Below are positions 51,634 through 64,000 of a DNA stretch of 64,000 bases, piece by piece; positions within the stretch are counted from its first letter, which is position 1, and each line of letters starts with the position of its first letter. Made by a program: the position numbers and the translations under genes. The notes below the pieces were generated by a model. It saw nothing but the letters and a program-made list of their open reading frames with translations, had not been told where the DNA came from and searched no databases. Location: contig OZ245006.1 in the NCBI GenBank assembly GCA_965223545.1, forward strand, positions 1,952,001-2,016,000. Reading direction: 5' to 3'. Source of the DNA: Planctomycetota bacterium (lineage in GTDB: Bacteria; Planctomycetota; UBA1135; UBA2386).

Positions 51634-51706
51634 TCCCGCGCGCGCAACCCGAGGTGCACCCACAGTTCTCGGAGCATCCATACGGTCCACCAAGATACGA
51701 AAACTC

Positions 51707-53404
<1,698 letters not shown>

Positions 53405-53472
53405 GCCGCAGCCGCCGCCGACCGGCGCCCCGCGAATCCAATTTCGAAACTACAAGACAAGGAAACACAGAC

Positions 53473-55370
<1,898 letters not shown>

Positions 55371-55481
55371 CGGCAACGGCCGACCCGATGGCCTGGGTGG
55401 CGCTGCCGCCCGGGCCCGCCCGAGGCTGAAGACGTCGCCGACTCGACCGCCGCGCGCACGGCCGCGCGGAACCGCAACACC

Positions 55482-56627
55482 ATGGCCAACAAACCCGACT
55501 ACTACGAGGTCCTCGGCGTCGCCAAGGATGCCGACGGTACCGCCATCAAGCGGGCGTACCGCAAGAAGGCCATGGACAACCACCCGGACCGCAATCCGGG
55601 AGACGCCGAGGCGGAACAGCGCTTCAAGCTGGCCGCCGAGGCCTACGCGGTCCTGTCGGACCAACAGAAGCGGGCCGCTTACGACCGTTACGGCCACGCC
55701 GGCGTCGACGGACAGTTCGGCGCCGGAGGCGGGTTCTCCAGCTTCGAGGAGATCTTCTCCGCCTTCGGCGACCTGTTCGGTGGCGGCGGCGGTGGTGGCG
55801 GAATCTTCGAGCAGTTCTTCGGCGGTGGTGGCGGCCGCAGCCGTGCGCGGCGCGGGGCCAGCTTGCGCGTCGATCTCAGCCTGACGCTGGAGGAGGTCGC
55901 CACCGGCACCACCAAGACCATCGAGATCACGCGCCCGACGCCGTGCCAGAACTGCAGCGGCAGCGGCGCACAACCGGGCACGCAGCCGACCCAGTGCGCA
56001 ACCTGTGGCGGCGCCGGCGCGGTGTTGCGCAGCCAGGGCTTCCTGCAGATTCGGCAGGCCTGTCCGTCGTGCCGCGGGGCCGGCTCGGTGATCGAGTCGC
56101 CGTGCACGAAGTGCAAGGGCCGCGGCGCCATCGCCAAGAAGGAGCCGGTGTCGATCAAGATCCCGGCCGGCATCGAGGAGGGTCACGTCGAACGCATCCC
56201 CGGCCAGGGCGAACCGGGCGACAACGGCGGCCCCCCCGGCGATCTGGTGGTCGTGATCCACGTCGAGCCGCACGCGGTCTTCACGCGCAGCGGGGACGAC
56301 CTGCGCGCCCAAGCCGTCGTGCGTTACCGCCAGGCCGTCGTCGGCGACTCGATCGACGTGCCGACGATCACCGACGACACCGTCGTGCTGAAGATTCCGG
56401 CCGGCACCCAGCCGGGCTCGTCGCTCCGCGTCCGCGGACACGGGCTGCCGCGGGCGGACGGCTACGGGCGCGGTGACCTGCTGGTGCGCATTCAGATCGA
56501 AGTGCCCAAGAGCATCACCGCGGAGCAGCGTCAGGCCCTCGACGAGTTCGACGCCGTCGAGCACGAGAAGAGCAAGAAGTCCAAGCGCAAGTCCATCTTC
56601 GAGAAGGTCAAGGACATCTTTCAGTGA
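55482..56627 (+). CDS. dnaJ: Chaperone DnaJ
   Basis: DYYEVLGV, HPD, G/F-rich region, four CxxCxGxG repeats. Confidence 0.97.
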   Translation: MANKPDYYEVLGVAKDADGTAIKRAYRKKAMDNHPDRNPGDAEAEQRFKLAAEAYAVLSDQQKRAAYDRYGHAGVDGQFGAGGGFSSFEEIFSAFGDLFGGGGGGGGIFEQFFGGGGGRSRARRGASLRVDLSLTLEEVATGTTKTIEITRPTPCQNCSGSGAQPGTQPTQCATCGGAGAVLRSQGFLQIRQACPSCRGAGSVIESPCTKCKGRGAIAKKEPVSIKIPAGIEEGHVERIPGQGEPGDNGGPPGDLVVVIHVEPHAVFTRSGDDLRAQAVVRYRQAVVGDSIDVPTITDDTVVLKIPAGTQPGSSLRVRGHGLPRADGYGRGDLLVRIQIEVPKSITAEQRQALDEFDAVEHEKSKKSKRKSIFEKVKDIFQ

Positions 56628-57250
56628 GTAGGAAGACCGAAGACGACCTCGGTTCGACGCCCCAGCCCGGCGCCGGAGACGAGCAGGAGCCGACGCCCCA
56701 GGCCGAGAGCGCATCCGCGGAGGCCGAAGGCGCCGTGCCACACGACGACGCCCCGGGCGACGCGGTCAGCCGCGAGCGGGACCGGCTGGACGCGCAGCTG
56801 AAGCGCGCCATGGCCGACCTGCAGAACATCCGCAAACGGCACCTGAAGGAGATCGCCGACGCGCGGACCCGGGCGGTCGAGGCACTCGCCGGTGAGCTGT
56901 TGCCCGTTCTCGACAACTTCGACCTCGCGCTCGCCGCGCAAGAGCGGCAGACCGATGCCCCGCAGGGCGACGCCAGCGCCATGGTCGAGGGCGTCCGCAT
57001 GGTGCAGAGCCTGCTGCGCGGAGTGCTCGAACGCCACGGCCTGGCCGAGATCGAGGCGCTCGGCGCCGCGTTCGACCCCAACGTGCACGAAGCGGTCGGC
57101 GTCGACACGCAGTCCGATGCCGAGCCCAACACCGTCTCTGCCGTGGTGCAGACCGGCTACCTGATGGGTGACCGACTGGTGCGTCCCGCCAAGGTGATGG
57201 TCGCCGCGCCACCGACGAGCGCCGGCGCTCCCGAGGCCGACGACGCCTGA
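56624..57250 (+). CDS. grpE: Nucleotide exchange factor GrpE
   Basis: ADLQNIRKR, LLPVLDN, FDPNVHEAV, GY..GDRLVRPAKV. Confidence 0.96.
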   Translation: MSRKTEDDLGSTPQPGAGDEQEPTPQAESASAEAEGAVPHDDAPGDAVSRERDRLDAQLKRAMADLQNIRKRHLKEIADARTRAVEALAGELLPVLDNFDLALAAQERQTDAPQGDASAMVEGVRMVQSLLRGVLERHGLAEIEALGAAFDPNVHEAVGVDTQSDAEPNTVSAVVQTGYLMGDRLVRPAKVMVAAPPTSAGAPEADDA

Positions 57251-57284
57251 CGCAGGACGAGCAACCCGAGAAGCAGCCCCTCCG

Positions 57285-57647
57285 ATGCCCACCTACGACT
57301 ACGAATGCCAGGCCTGCGGACACCGCTTCGAGCTGTTCCAGAGCATGACGGCGCGCGTCAAGCGCAAGTGCCCGGAGTGCGCGAAGCCCAAGCTGCAGCG
57401 GCTGATCGGCCCCGGCGCCGGCTTCCTGTTCAAGGGCGACGGCTTCTACATCACCGACTACCGCAGCGACTCGTACAAGAAAGACGAGAAGACCGCGAGC
57501 TCCGAGGACAAGCCCAAAGGCAAGGGCGAGAAGAGCGACAGCGGCGGCGCGGACAAGCCGGCGAAGACCGACAAGCCCGCGAAGACCGAGAAGCCCGCCG
57601 CCAAGAAGGGCAAGGCCGGCTCGAAGAAGAGCGGTAGCAAGCGCTAG
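57285..57647 (+). CDS. FmdB-family zinc-ribbon protein
   Basis: MPTYDYEC..CG..FE..QSM...CPEC, FKG.GFY.TDY, Lys-rich tail. Confidence 0.92.
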   Translation: MPTYDYECQACGHRFELFQSMTARVKRKCPECAKPKLQRLIGPGAGFLFKGDGFYITDYRSDSYKKDEKTASSEDKPKGKGEKSDSGGADKPAKTDKPAKTEKPAAKKGKAGSKKSGSKR

Positions 57648-57673
57648 CGCCTAGCAGCCGGCGGGCCGACGAC

Positions 57674-58762
57674 TCACTGGAAGGTGCCGTCGAGGCGCAT
57701 GGCGGGACCACCACCGGCCGTGGTCTTGTCCAGGAACCCGGTGGCCGACGTCGAGTCGTTCGTGCGCAGTTGGTTGGCGTGCATGATGGTCTGGCCAATC
57801 GTGACCTCGCGCCCCGCGGTGGTCACAAAGCCCGACGGCGCGCCAGAATCAGTGAACAGCGCCTGGGCGGCGATCTGCGCGCCGAGGAGGTTCGCGTTGT
57901 TCGGCACGCCGAAGCTGGCAGCCCAGTTGCCGAAGGGGCCGGACGGTACGATCGCCCAAGTCACGAGCGGATTGACGTAGAGAGTGCTGCCGACGACGCC
58001 GGCCGCACTCAAGTCCAGCGGGGTCCCGAGTTCGTTGCCGACCACGAGGACACCCGGGGTGGCCGCCGCCAGCGGGCTGCCCGCACTGACCTGGACGGTG
58101 CCGCCGAGACCGATCCCGCCATAGGTCCCGAAGCCGCTGGGCCCCTGGACGGAGATGTTGGGCACGAACGGCTGCGACGTCGTCTGGCCGTAATTGCCGA
58201 AGCTGTTGACAGCGCCGCCGGGCGTGTAGCAGTCCAAGCTGTAGCTCGTGCGCGTCGAGCCGTTCGGATCGGTGGCGACGATGTCGATCAGCAGGTGGCC
58301 GTTGGCCGCGGTGTAGCCGTAGGGCAGATCCAGGTTGATCGTGACCCACGGGCCGACGCCGCGCGCCACCGAGCTGTAGGCGGGCAGGCTGACCGAGCCC
58401 GAAAACACCTGGGTCATCGGCCCGGTCTCGTTGGCGCCGAAGGTCGTCCCCATCGCGCCCGGAGCCACCGTGGTCTCGCCCATCTGGATCACGACGTTCC
58501 TCACCGTCACCGCGGGGGAGCCGCTGGAGTTGTTGTTCTCCGGCCGGAAGCTGATCGCGGTGATCACCGCCGAAGTGCCGGCGACGGTGGTCTGGTCGAG
58601 GACGATCTGCGAGCGGAAGTCCGTGAACCCGAAGGGATAGGACGTGATCTGATTGCCGTCGACCGGCACGCCGGCGATCGCCGGCGAGAAGACTTGCGCG
58701 GAGGCGGTGCCCGCCAGGGAGAGGCCGGCGACGAGAGCGACGAACGCGGAACGGTTCTGCAT
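57674..58762 (-). CDS. Exported hypothetical protein with the shared module near its C-terminus
   Basis: Signal ending ASAQ; 'LDLSAAGVVGSTLYVNP...VPNNANLLG...AQ...TTAG'. Confidence 0.8.
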   Translation of the reverse strand: MQNRSAFVALVAGLSLAGTASAQVFSPAIAGVPVDGNQITSYPFGFTDFRSQIVLDQTTVAGTSAVITAISFRPENNNSSGSPAVTVRNVVIQMGETTVAPGAMGTTFGANETGPMTQVFSGSVSLPAYSSVARGVGPWVTINLDLPYGYTAANGHLLIDIVATDPNGSTRTSYSLDCYTPGGAVNSFGNYGQTTSQPFVPNISVQGPSGFGTYGGIGLGGTVQVSAGSPLAAATPGVLVVGNELGTPLDLSAAGVVGSTLYVNPLVTWAIVPSGPFGNWAASFGVPNNANLLGAQIAAQALFTDSGAPSGFVTTAGREVTIGQTIMHANQLRTNDSTSATGFLDKTTAGGGPAMRLDGTFQ

Positions 58763-58783
58763 GGTCGGTTTCAGGGGGGGAGA

Positions 58784-58808
58784 GAGAAAATCGAGCCTGA
58801 CTCGGTAC
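58784..58808 (-). repeat. Short palindromic repeat, copy 3
   Basis: Reverse complement GTACCGAGTCAGGCTCGATTTTCTC is 23/25 identical to copy 1. Confidence 0.8.
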
Positions 58809-58903
58809 GAGTCGCGTGCTATGAGCCTGGCTCGCTGGGGCGTTACCAGAAAAGCCGGGGTTTCGGTCCGACCGTACGGTGGCGGTGGCGTACCCTGGGG
58901 GGC

Positions 58904-59593
58904 GTGAAGCATGTGAAGCGCCATCGGGCGGCCGGAATCGCTACGGCAAGCCTTCTCGCCTGCACCACGGCGTGTACGCACGGCCTGCTCTCGGGCGTCG
59001 CGTATCCCGATCGCAGCCGTCCCGTGGTCCGCATCGAGACCCGCGGCGGGGTGGAGTACGGCGCCTGCACCGAGGAGGGGGTGCTGTTCCTCGGCCGCAC
59101 GGCCAGCGAAGGCCCCTGCCGGGTGCATTTCTTCCTGGGTCCGCGCGCGACGCCCATCGTCGACGACGGCACGATCCACCACCTGGGCGGGGTCTACTAC
59201 CGCGCCGTGATCGATCTCAAGACACCGGCGGTGCCCGTGCTCGAGCGCGAGCCGACCGCCGCCGACACCCTGGTCGCGATGGTGCACGCCGGCCGCGAGG
59301 TGCACCGGGTCCCGGTGCGGCTGGCACAGCGCGACGACGTCAGCGGCGACGTTCTCGAGTGGCCGGGAGAGAGCTTGCCGGCCGGCACCGCGATCCTCGC
59401 GCAGCTGACCGAGACGCTGCGCTTCGTCGGCTTGGTCGCCGGCGAGGCCACCGTCCAACGCGGCGAAACCAGCGAGCGCTTCCTGGTGTTCACCGGCACC
59501 GACCGCGTCCGCGAGGCGCTCGCGGCAGCGCGGCCGCACCCGAGCCTGCCGGAGGTGATTCACCGGCCCGACGACATCACGGTGACGCGCTGA
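58904..59593 (+). CDS. Hypothetical putative lipoprotein
   Basis: Basic N-terminus, hydrophobic stretch with Cys (LLACTTAC), globular-looking remainder. Start 58904 or 58913. Confidence 0.6.
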   Translation: MKHVKRHRAAGIATASLLACTTACTHGLLSGVAYPDRSRPVVRIETRGGVEYGACTEEGVLFLGRTASEGPCRVHFFLGPRATPIVDDGTIHHLGGVYYRAVIDLKTPAVPVLEREPTAADTLVAMVHAGREVHRVPVRLAQRDDVSGDVLEWPGESLPAGTAILAQLTETLRFVGLVAGEATVQRGETSERFLVFTGTDRVREALAAARPHPSLPEVIHRPDDITVTR

Positions 59594-59613
59594 CTCGAAC
59601 GCCGTGCGTCAGC

Positions 59614-60960
59614 TCAGCGGCTGACGCCGGCGAGATCGGCAACGCGGTCGACGACCCCCTTGAGGGCGAACAGGACGACGGAGTCCCCCGCCAGAATCTC
59701 GTCCTCGCCGCGGGGAATCACGATCTCGCCCGTGGTGCGCGCGATGGCACCGACCACGCATCCGCGAGGGAACCCCGCCTTGGCCAGGGTCCGACCGATC
59801 AGCTTGCTCCCCGGCCGAATCTCGACTTCCAGGACCTCCGCCTTGCCCTCCTCGAAGGTCGCGATGGTGCTCACGCTCCCACTGCGGATGAACGAAAGGA
59901 TGCGCGTCGCGCACAGCAGGCGCGGCGAAACCGCGACGTCGATCCCCAGCGTCTCGTAGATGCTGACGTAATCCGACTTCTTGACGAGGGCCACGGTGCG
60001 CGCCACGCCCAAGCTGCGCGCCAGCTGGCAGGACATCAGGTTGCGCTCGTCGTCGTCGGACAGGCCGAGGAACGCGTCCGCGTCGCCGACGCGCTCCTCC
60101 TGCAGCAGTGCCAGATCCGTGCCGTCGCCGTGCAGCACGACCGGACCTTCCAGCTCGGCGGAGAGCTCCTCGGCCCGCGCACGGTCGTCGACCAGCACGC
60201 GGGTCTGCGCGCGCAGCCGGTTGAGCAGCTCACAGACGTGGCGCACGATTCCCGAGTGCCCATACATGACGACGTTGCGCAGGTACGTCGGCCGCACGCC
60301 GGTCTTCTTCTCCAGGCTGGCGACCGCTTTCGGTTCGCCCAGGGCGAAGATCTCGTCCTTGGCTTCGAGCTGGTCATCGCCACCGGGGATGATGATCTCG
60401 TGCTCGCGGTCGATGGCGGCGATCAGCACGCCGCGTGGCAGCTTGAGCCCCTTGACCGGCTTGCCCAGCAGCACCGAGTCCTCGTTGAGCCGCAGCCGCC
60501 GCAGCTGAATGCGACCCTCGGCGAAGGTCTCGACGCCGACCGCCTGGTTCTGGCGCACGGTCTTGACGATCTCTTCCGCCGCCAAGTCCTCGAGCGACAG
60601 CACCAGGTCGTACTGTAGGTTGCGCCGAAAGAACGTGCGGTTGCGTCGAATGGACGACAGGTCCTTGACGCGCAGCACCGTCTTCTTCGCCCCCATGCGC
60701 CGGCCGAACAGGCAGGTCAGCATGTTGACGTTGTCGTCGTTGGACACCGCGAGCAGGAGGTCGGCGGCGGCGGCGTCCGCCTTGTCGAGGAAATCCGGCC
60801 GCGACCCGTCGCCGAGAATGGCGCGCACATCGAGGCTCTCGGACACGTGCCGCAGGCGGTGCGGGTCGGAGTCCAGCACCGTGACCGCCTTGCCCTCCTG
60901 CGACAAGACCTTGGCGAGGTGGGTTCCGACCTCGCCGAGCCCGACGATGAGCACGTTCAT
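59614..60960 (-). CDS. trkA: Trk potassium uptake NAD-binding subunit
   Basis: IVGLGEVG, GDGS, two TrkA-N/TrkA-C repeats (IIPGGDD, VIPRGED). Confidence 0.93.
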   Translation of the reverse strand: MNVLIVGLGEVGTHLAKVLSQEGKAVTVLDSDPHRLRHVSESLDVRAILGDGSRPDFLDKADAAAADLLLAVSNDDNVNMLTCLFGRRMGAKKTVLRVKDLSSIRRNRTFFRRNLQYDLVLSLEDLAAEEIVKTVRQNQAVGVETFAEGRIQLRRLRLNEDSVLLGKPVKGLKLPRGVLIAAIDREHEIIIPGGDDQLEAKDEIFALGEPKAVASLEKKTGVRPTYLRNVVMYGHSGIVRHVCELLNRLRAQTRVLVDDRARAEELSAELEGPVVLHGDGTDLALLQEERVGDADAFLGLSDDDERNLMSCQLARSLGVARTVALVKKSDYVSIYETLGIDVAVSPRLLCATRILSFIRSGSVSTIATFEEGKAEVLEVEIRPGSKLIGRTLAKAGFPRGCVVGAIARTTGEIVIPRGEDEILAGDSVVLFALKGVVDRVADLAGVSR

Positions 60961-61054
60961 GCTGGCGGCACGATCGGCGGCAGCCAGCCCCGATGCAACG
61001 GCACGGGCGTGACTTTGCTTGGCAAAGTGAGTACCCAAGGCTAAACCGAGGGCA

Positions 61055-61627
61055 GTGGCCCGCTCCGTCCTCGTGCTCGACAACCGCGACTCGTTCGTCT
61101 GGAACCTGGCGCAAGCCCTCGGCGGCTTGGGCTGTGAGGTCACGGTGCTGCGCAGCGATGCGGTCGACGTCGGCGCCATCCGCCGCTGCAAACCCGACGC
61201 CCTGGTGCTGTCACCGGGGCCCGGCCGGCCAGAGAGCGCCGGCGTGTGCATCACCGCCGTCCGCACGCTGTCGGCGGAGATGCCGATCCTCGGCGTCTGT
61301 CTCGGCCACCAGGCGATCGCCGCCGCCTTCGGCGCGCGCGTCGTGCGCTGCGCGCCGTGCCACGGCAAACCCTGGGCGATCGAGCACCGCGGCGCAGGCC
61401 TGTTTCGCGGCATGCCCAACCCGCTCGTCGCCTGCCGCTATCACTCGCTCAGCGTGGACGCGAAGAGCCTGCCCGCCGAGCTGGCCGAGGACGCGCAGAC
61501 GCCGGACGGCATCGTCATGGCGCTGCGCCACGTCGACCGGCCGACCTTCGGCGTGCAGTTCCACCCGGAGTCGTTCCGCACCGAGCACGGCACCGCACTG
61601 TTGCGCAACTTCGTGGAGTGCGCCTGA
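61055..61627 (+). CDS. Aminodeoxychorismate/anthranilate synthase component II (glutamine amidotransferase)
   Basis: DNRDSFVWNL, LSPGPGRP, GVCLGHQ, RYHSL, GVQFHPES. Confidence 0.93.
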   Translation: MARSVLVLDNRDSFVWNLAQALGGLGCEVTVLRSDAVDVGAIRRCKPDALVLSPGPGRPESAGVCITAVRTLSAEMPILGVCLGHQAIAAAFGARVVRCAPCHGKPWAIEHRGAGLFRGMPNPLVACRYHSLSVDAKSLPAELAEDAQTPDGIVMALRHVDRPTFGVQFHPESFRTEHGTALLRNFVECA

Positions 61628-62517
61628 TGACCGCGGTCCCGGCGCTGCAGTTGCAGAACGTGCGCAAGTCGTTCCGCCGGCGCACAGCACTGCACTCCGT
61701 CGACCTTCAGCTCGAGCGCGGCGAGACCGTGGGCTTCGTCGGTCCCAACGGGGCGGGCAAGTCGACGTGTCTGCGCATTCTGACGGGGATGACGTTTCGC
61801 GATGGCGGTGACGCGCAAGTCTGCGGCCTCGACCCCGGCCGGCAAGGGGTCGAGGTGCGACGGCGCTGCGCCTACCTTCCGGGCGAGACCAGCCTCTACG
61901 ACGCGCTCACCGGCCGGCAACTCCTGGCCTTGGCACAGCACGGCTATCCGCAGCCGGACCCGGGCTTGGCCGAGTCGCTGACCGGTCGGTTCGGTTTGCC
62001 GCTCGACCACCCGACGCGCCAGCTGTCCGCCGGGATGAAGCAGCAATTGGCGCTCGCCGCCGTGCTCTCTACCGGTGCCGAGGTCTTCCTGTTGGACGAA
62101 CCCGACCGCAACCTCGACCCGACCGCGCGCGCCGTCTTGCGCGACGCGATCCGCAGCCTGCAAGAACGCGGCAGGACGATCCTCTTCAGCTCGCACCACC
62201 TCGCCGCCCTCGAGCTCAGCGCGCAGCGCACCGAGTTCTTGCTGGGCGGACGCGTGGTGCCCGCCGCCCGCGTCGAACGCGCGCGCACCGCGCTGCGCAA
62301 CAGTGTCCGCCTGCGCCTGCGGCGACCCGTCGAACTCCCCGACGGGGCGCGGATCACACCCGAGCCGGACGGCTCGCTGCGCGCGCGACCGGCGGACGCC
62401 GCGCTCGACTGGGTGCGGCGTTTGCCCGCCGACGCGGTCGAGACGCTCGAGGTCGGCGCGACCCGGCTCGAGGACCTCTACGCCGAGCTGCAGGCCGACC
62501 CGGAGAACCACCAGTGA
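61627..62517 (+). CDS. ABC transporter ATP-binding protein
   Basis: GPNGAGKST, LSAGMKQQ, LLDEP..NLDP, SSH; TGATG coupling. Confidence 0.92.
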   Translation: MTAVPALQLQNVRKSFRRRTALHSVDLQLERGETVGFVGPNGAGKSTCLRILTGMTFRDGGDAQVCGLDPGRQGVEVRRRCAYLPGETSLYDALTGRQLLALAQHGYPQPDPGLAESLTGRFGLPLDHPTRQLSAGMKQQLALAAVLSTGAEVFLLDEPDRNLDPTARAVLRDAIRSLQERGRTILFSSHHLAALELSAQRTEFLLGGRVVPAARVERARTALRNSVRLRLRRPVELPDGARITPEPDGSLRARPADAALDWVRRLPADAVETLEVGATRLEDLYAELQADPENHQ

Positions 62518-63305
62518 TTGCCTGGAAGACCTGGCGCGAGATCCGCTGGCTGGTCTTGCTCTACACGGCGTTGCTCGAGCTCGGCGTCGCCCTCGCCGTG
62601 CTGCTGTGGCCTTGGTTGCGCGACCAGTCGCCAGCCCTGGCGCGGCTGGCGCCGGCGCGCTTCATCCGCCGCTGGATCGACGGCATCACCGATCCCGACG
62701 CCGACGCCGCGTATCGCGCCTACATGGCCCTGCAGCTGTTCTTCAAGGGCGTCAACGTCGTCGGCCTCGCCTTCGCCGTGCTGTTCGGCGCCCTGCTGGT
62801 GGCGCGCGAACGCGAGAACCACACCCTCGAGTTCCTGCTGGCGCGGCCACTGCCGCGCAGCCGGATCCTGCTGAGCAAGCTGGCGGTGGTCGGCACGGCC
62901 CTGGTGCTGCCGATCGTCCTGACGTCCTGGAGCGCGATTCCGATCGGTTGGCTGATCGACGAGCGACTGCCGTTCGGTCCGCTCACGGTCGGCGCGCTCT
63001 ACAGCGCCCTGTTTTGCACCGCGTTCTTGGCGCTGGCGACCCTGTTGTCGGTGTACTCGCGCACCCAGCTGGGGGTGATCGCCACGGTCGGCGGCTTCGC
63101 CGTCCTGCAGGTCGGCCTCTACTTCGTCCAGCAGATCCGCCGCGCCAGTGTGTTCCGCCTGTCCGACTACGACATCTACGCCCCGGTGCTGGCCGGCAAC
63201 CTGTCGGCATGGCAGCTGCTTTCGGGTGCAGGCCTGTGCCTGCTGCTGTTCGCTGCCGTTTGCTTCTGGCTGGCGCTGCGCGGCTTTCGGAGGCTCGAGC
63301 CGTGA
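62514..63305 (+). CDS. ABC-2 type transporter permease
   Basis: About 6 TMs; 'ARERENHTLEFLLARPLPRSRILLSK'. Confidence 0.9.
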   Translation: MIAWKTWREIRWLVLLYTALLELGVALAVLLWPWLRDQSPALARLAPARFIRRWIDGITDPDADAAYRAYMALQLFFKGVNVVGLAFAVLFGALLVARERENHTLEFLLARPLPRSRILLSKLAVVGTALVLPIVLTSWSAIPIGWLIDERLPFGPLTVGALYSALFCTAFLALATLLSVYSRTQLGVIATVGGFAVLQVGLYFVQQIRRASVFRLSDYDIYAPVLAGNLSAWQLLSGAGLCLLLFAAVCFWLALRGFRRLEP

Positions 63306-64000
63306 GCTGGCCGGTCTGGTTGCCGGTCTGGCTTCGCGTCGGCATCGCGCTGGCGCGCGAGCTCGTGCGGGCGATCGCGTTTCCGCTGCACCTGGTGCTC
63401 TACCTCCCGGCGCGCCAGCGCTGGCGCACGCGGGCACGCGCGGCGCTGGAGGCGGCGGCGCAGCCGACGCCGCCGCAGGACGGACCGCTGCTACCGCCAA
63501 TCAGCACGCACGGTCGCCGCCCCCGCCTGTTCGTCTCGGCCGGCGAGACCTCGGGCGAAGTGCACGCCGCCAACGTGGTGCGCGCGCTGCGCGCGCAGGG
63601 CGTCGACGCGGAGTGCCTGGCGTTCGGCGGCCCCTTGCTGGAGAGCGCCGGCGCGCACGTCCGAGTGCCGTTGAGCGCGCACTCGATCATCGGACTCGGC
63701 GGCGTGCTGCGCGCGCTGCCGTTCTTGGTCAAGGCAGTCGCCGATTTCGTCCGACTCCTGCGAGTCGAGCGCCCCGACCTGGTGCTGCTCGTCGACTATC
63801 CGGGCTTGCACTTGGTGCTCGGCCAGCTGGCCCGCGAACACCGCGTGCCCGTCGTGCACTACGTCGCGCCTCAGTACTGGGCGTGGGCGCCGTGGCGGAT
63901 GGCGCGCTACCGGCGTTGCGTCGACGCCACGCTGACCATCCTGCCGTTCGAGCCGGCGTTCTTCGAAGGCCGGGGATTGGCCGCGCGCTACGCCGGACAC
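63302..64000 (+). CDS. lpxB: Lipid-A-disaccharide synthase, partial (runs off the window end)
   Basis: Manual translation from GTG 63302: ...FVSAGETSGEVH..., PDLVLLVDYPGLH, HYVAPQYWAW, ILPFEP, YAGH. Absent from the ORF track. Confidence 0.9.
   Translation, partial: MSWPVWLPVWLRVGIALARELVRAIAFPLHLVLYLPARQRWRTRARAALEAAAQPTPPQDGPLLPPISTHGRRPRLFVSAGETSGEVHAANVVRALRAQGVDAECLAFGGPLLESAGAHVRVPLSAHSIIGLGGVLRALPFLVKAVADFVRLLRVERPDLVLLVDYPGLHLVLGQLAREHRVPVVHYVAPQYWAWAPWRMARYRRCVDATLTILPFEPAFFEGRGLAARYAGH

Noticed and set aside
50465..51706. Long N-terminal extensions on groL and other ORF-track entries (ispG, trkA, 23908, 25513)
   Set aside because: They overlap genuine genes; canonical starts lie downstream.
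57550..57610. Short tandem repeat
   Set aside because: Ordinary Lys/Ala-rich tail (KPAKT units) of the FmdB-family protein.

Overview
High-GC bacterial window, most likely Planctomycetota. This is inferred from the groL-groS-groL-dnaJ-grpE-FmdB cluster, a membrane-tethered ECF sigma factor, NPCBM/VWA proteins and FG-GAP proteins. It holds about 52 densely packed CDS. These include a deoxynucleoside catabolism region (deoC, an ALDH pair, deoA, CNT transporter, PNP), ispG, fdhD, a PLP-decarboxylase/acyl-CoA ligase pair, a three-gene succinate dehydrogenase, a GCS2-CBS/desuccinylase pair, miaE, a chaperone operon, trkA, an ABC transporter, and partial fbp and lpxB at the edges. I saw no rRNA, tRNA, CRISPR array or transposase. 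The most notable observations are: (1) six otherwise unrelated exported proteins share a ~110-130 aa C-terminal module, a candidate sorting or anchoring system; (2) a nucleoside transporter carries a ~250 aa beta-propeller-like insertion; (3) a saccharopine dehydrogenase is fused to an ACP-like domain lacking the phosphopantetheine serine; (4) a 201-bp structured element occurs twice in inverted orientation; (5) a 25-29 bp palindromic motif occurs three times; (6) a small His-rich lipoprotein; (7) a sigma-54-type promoter upstream of groL. All calls come from motif recognition by eye; no database searches were run.
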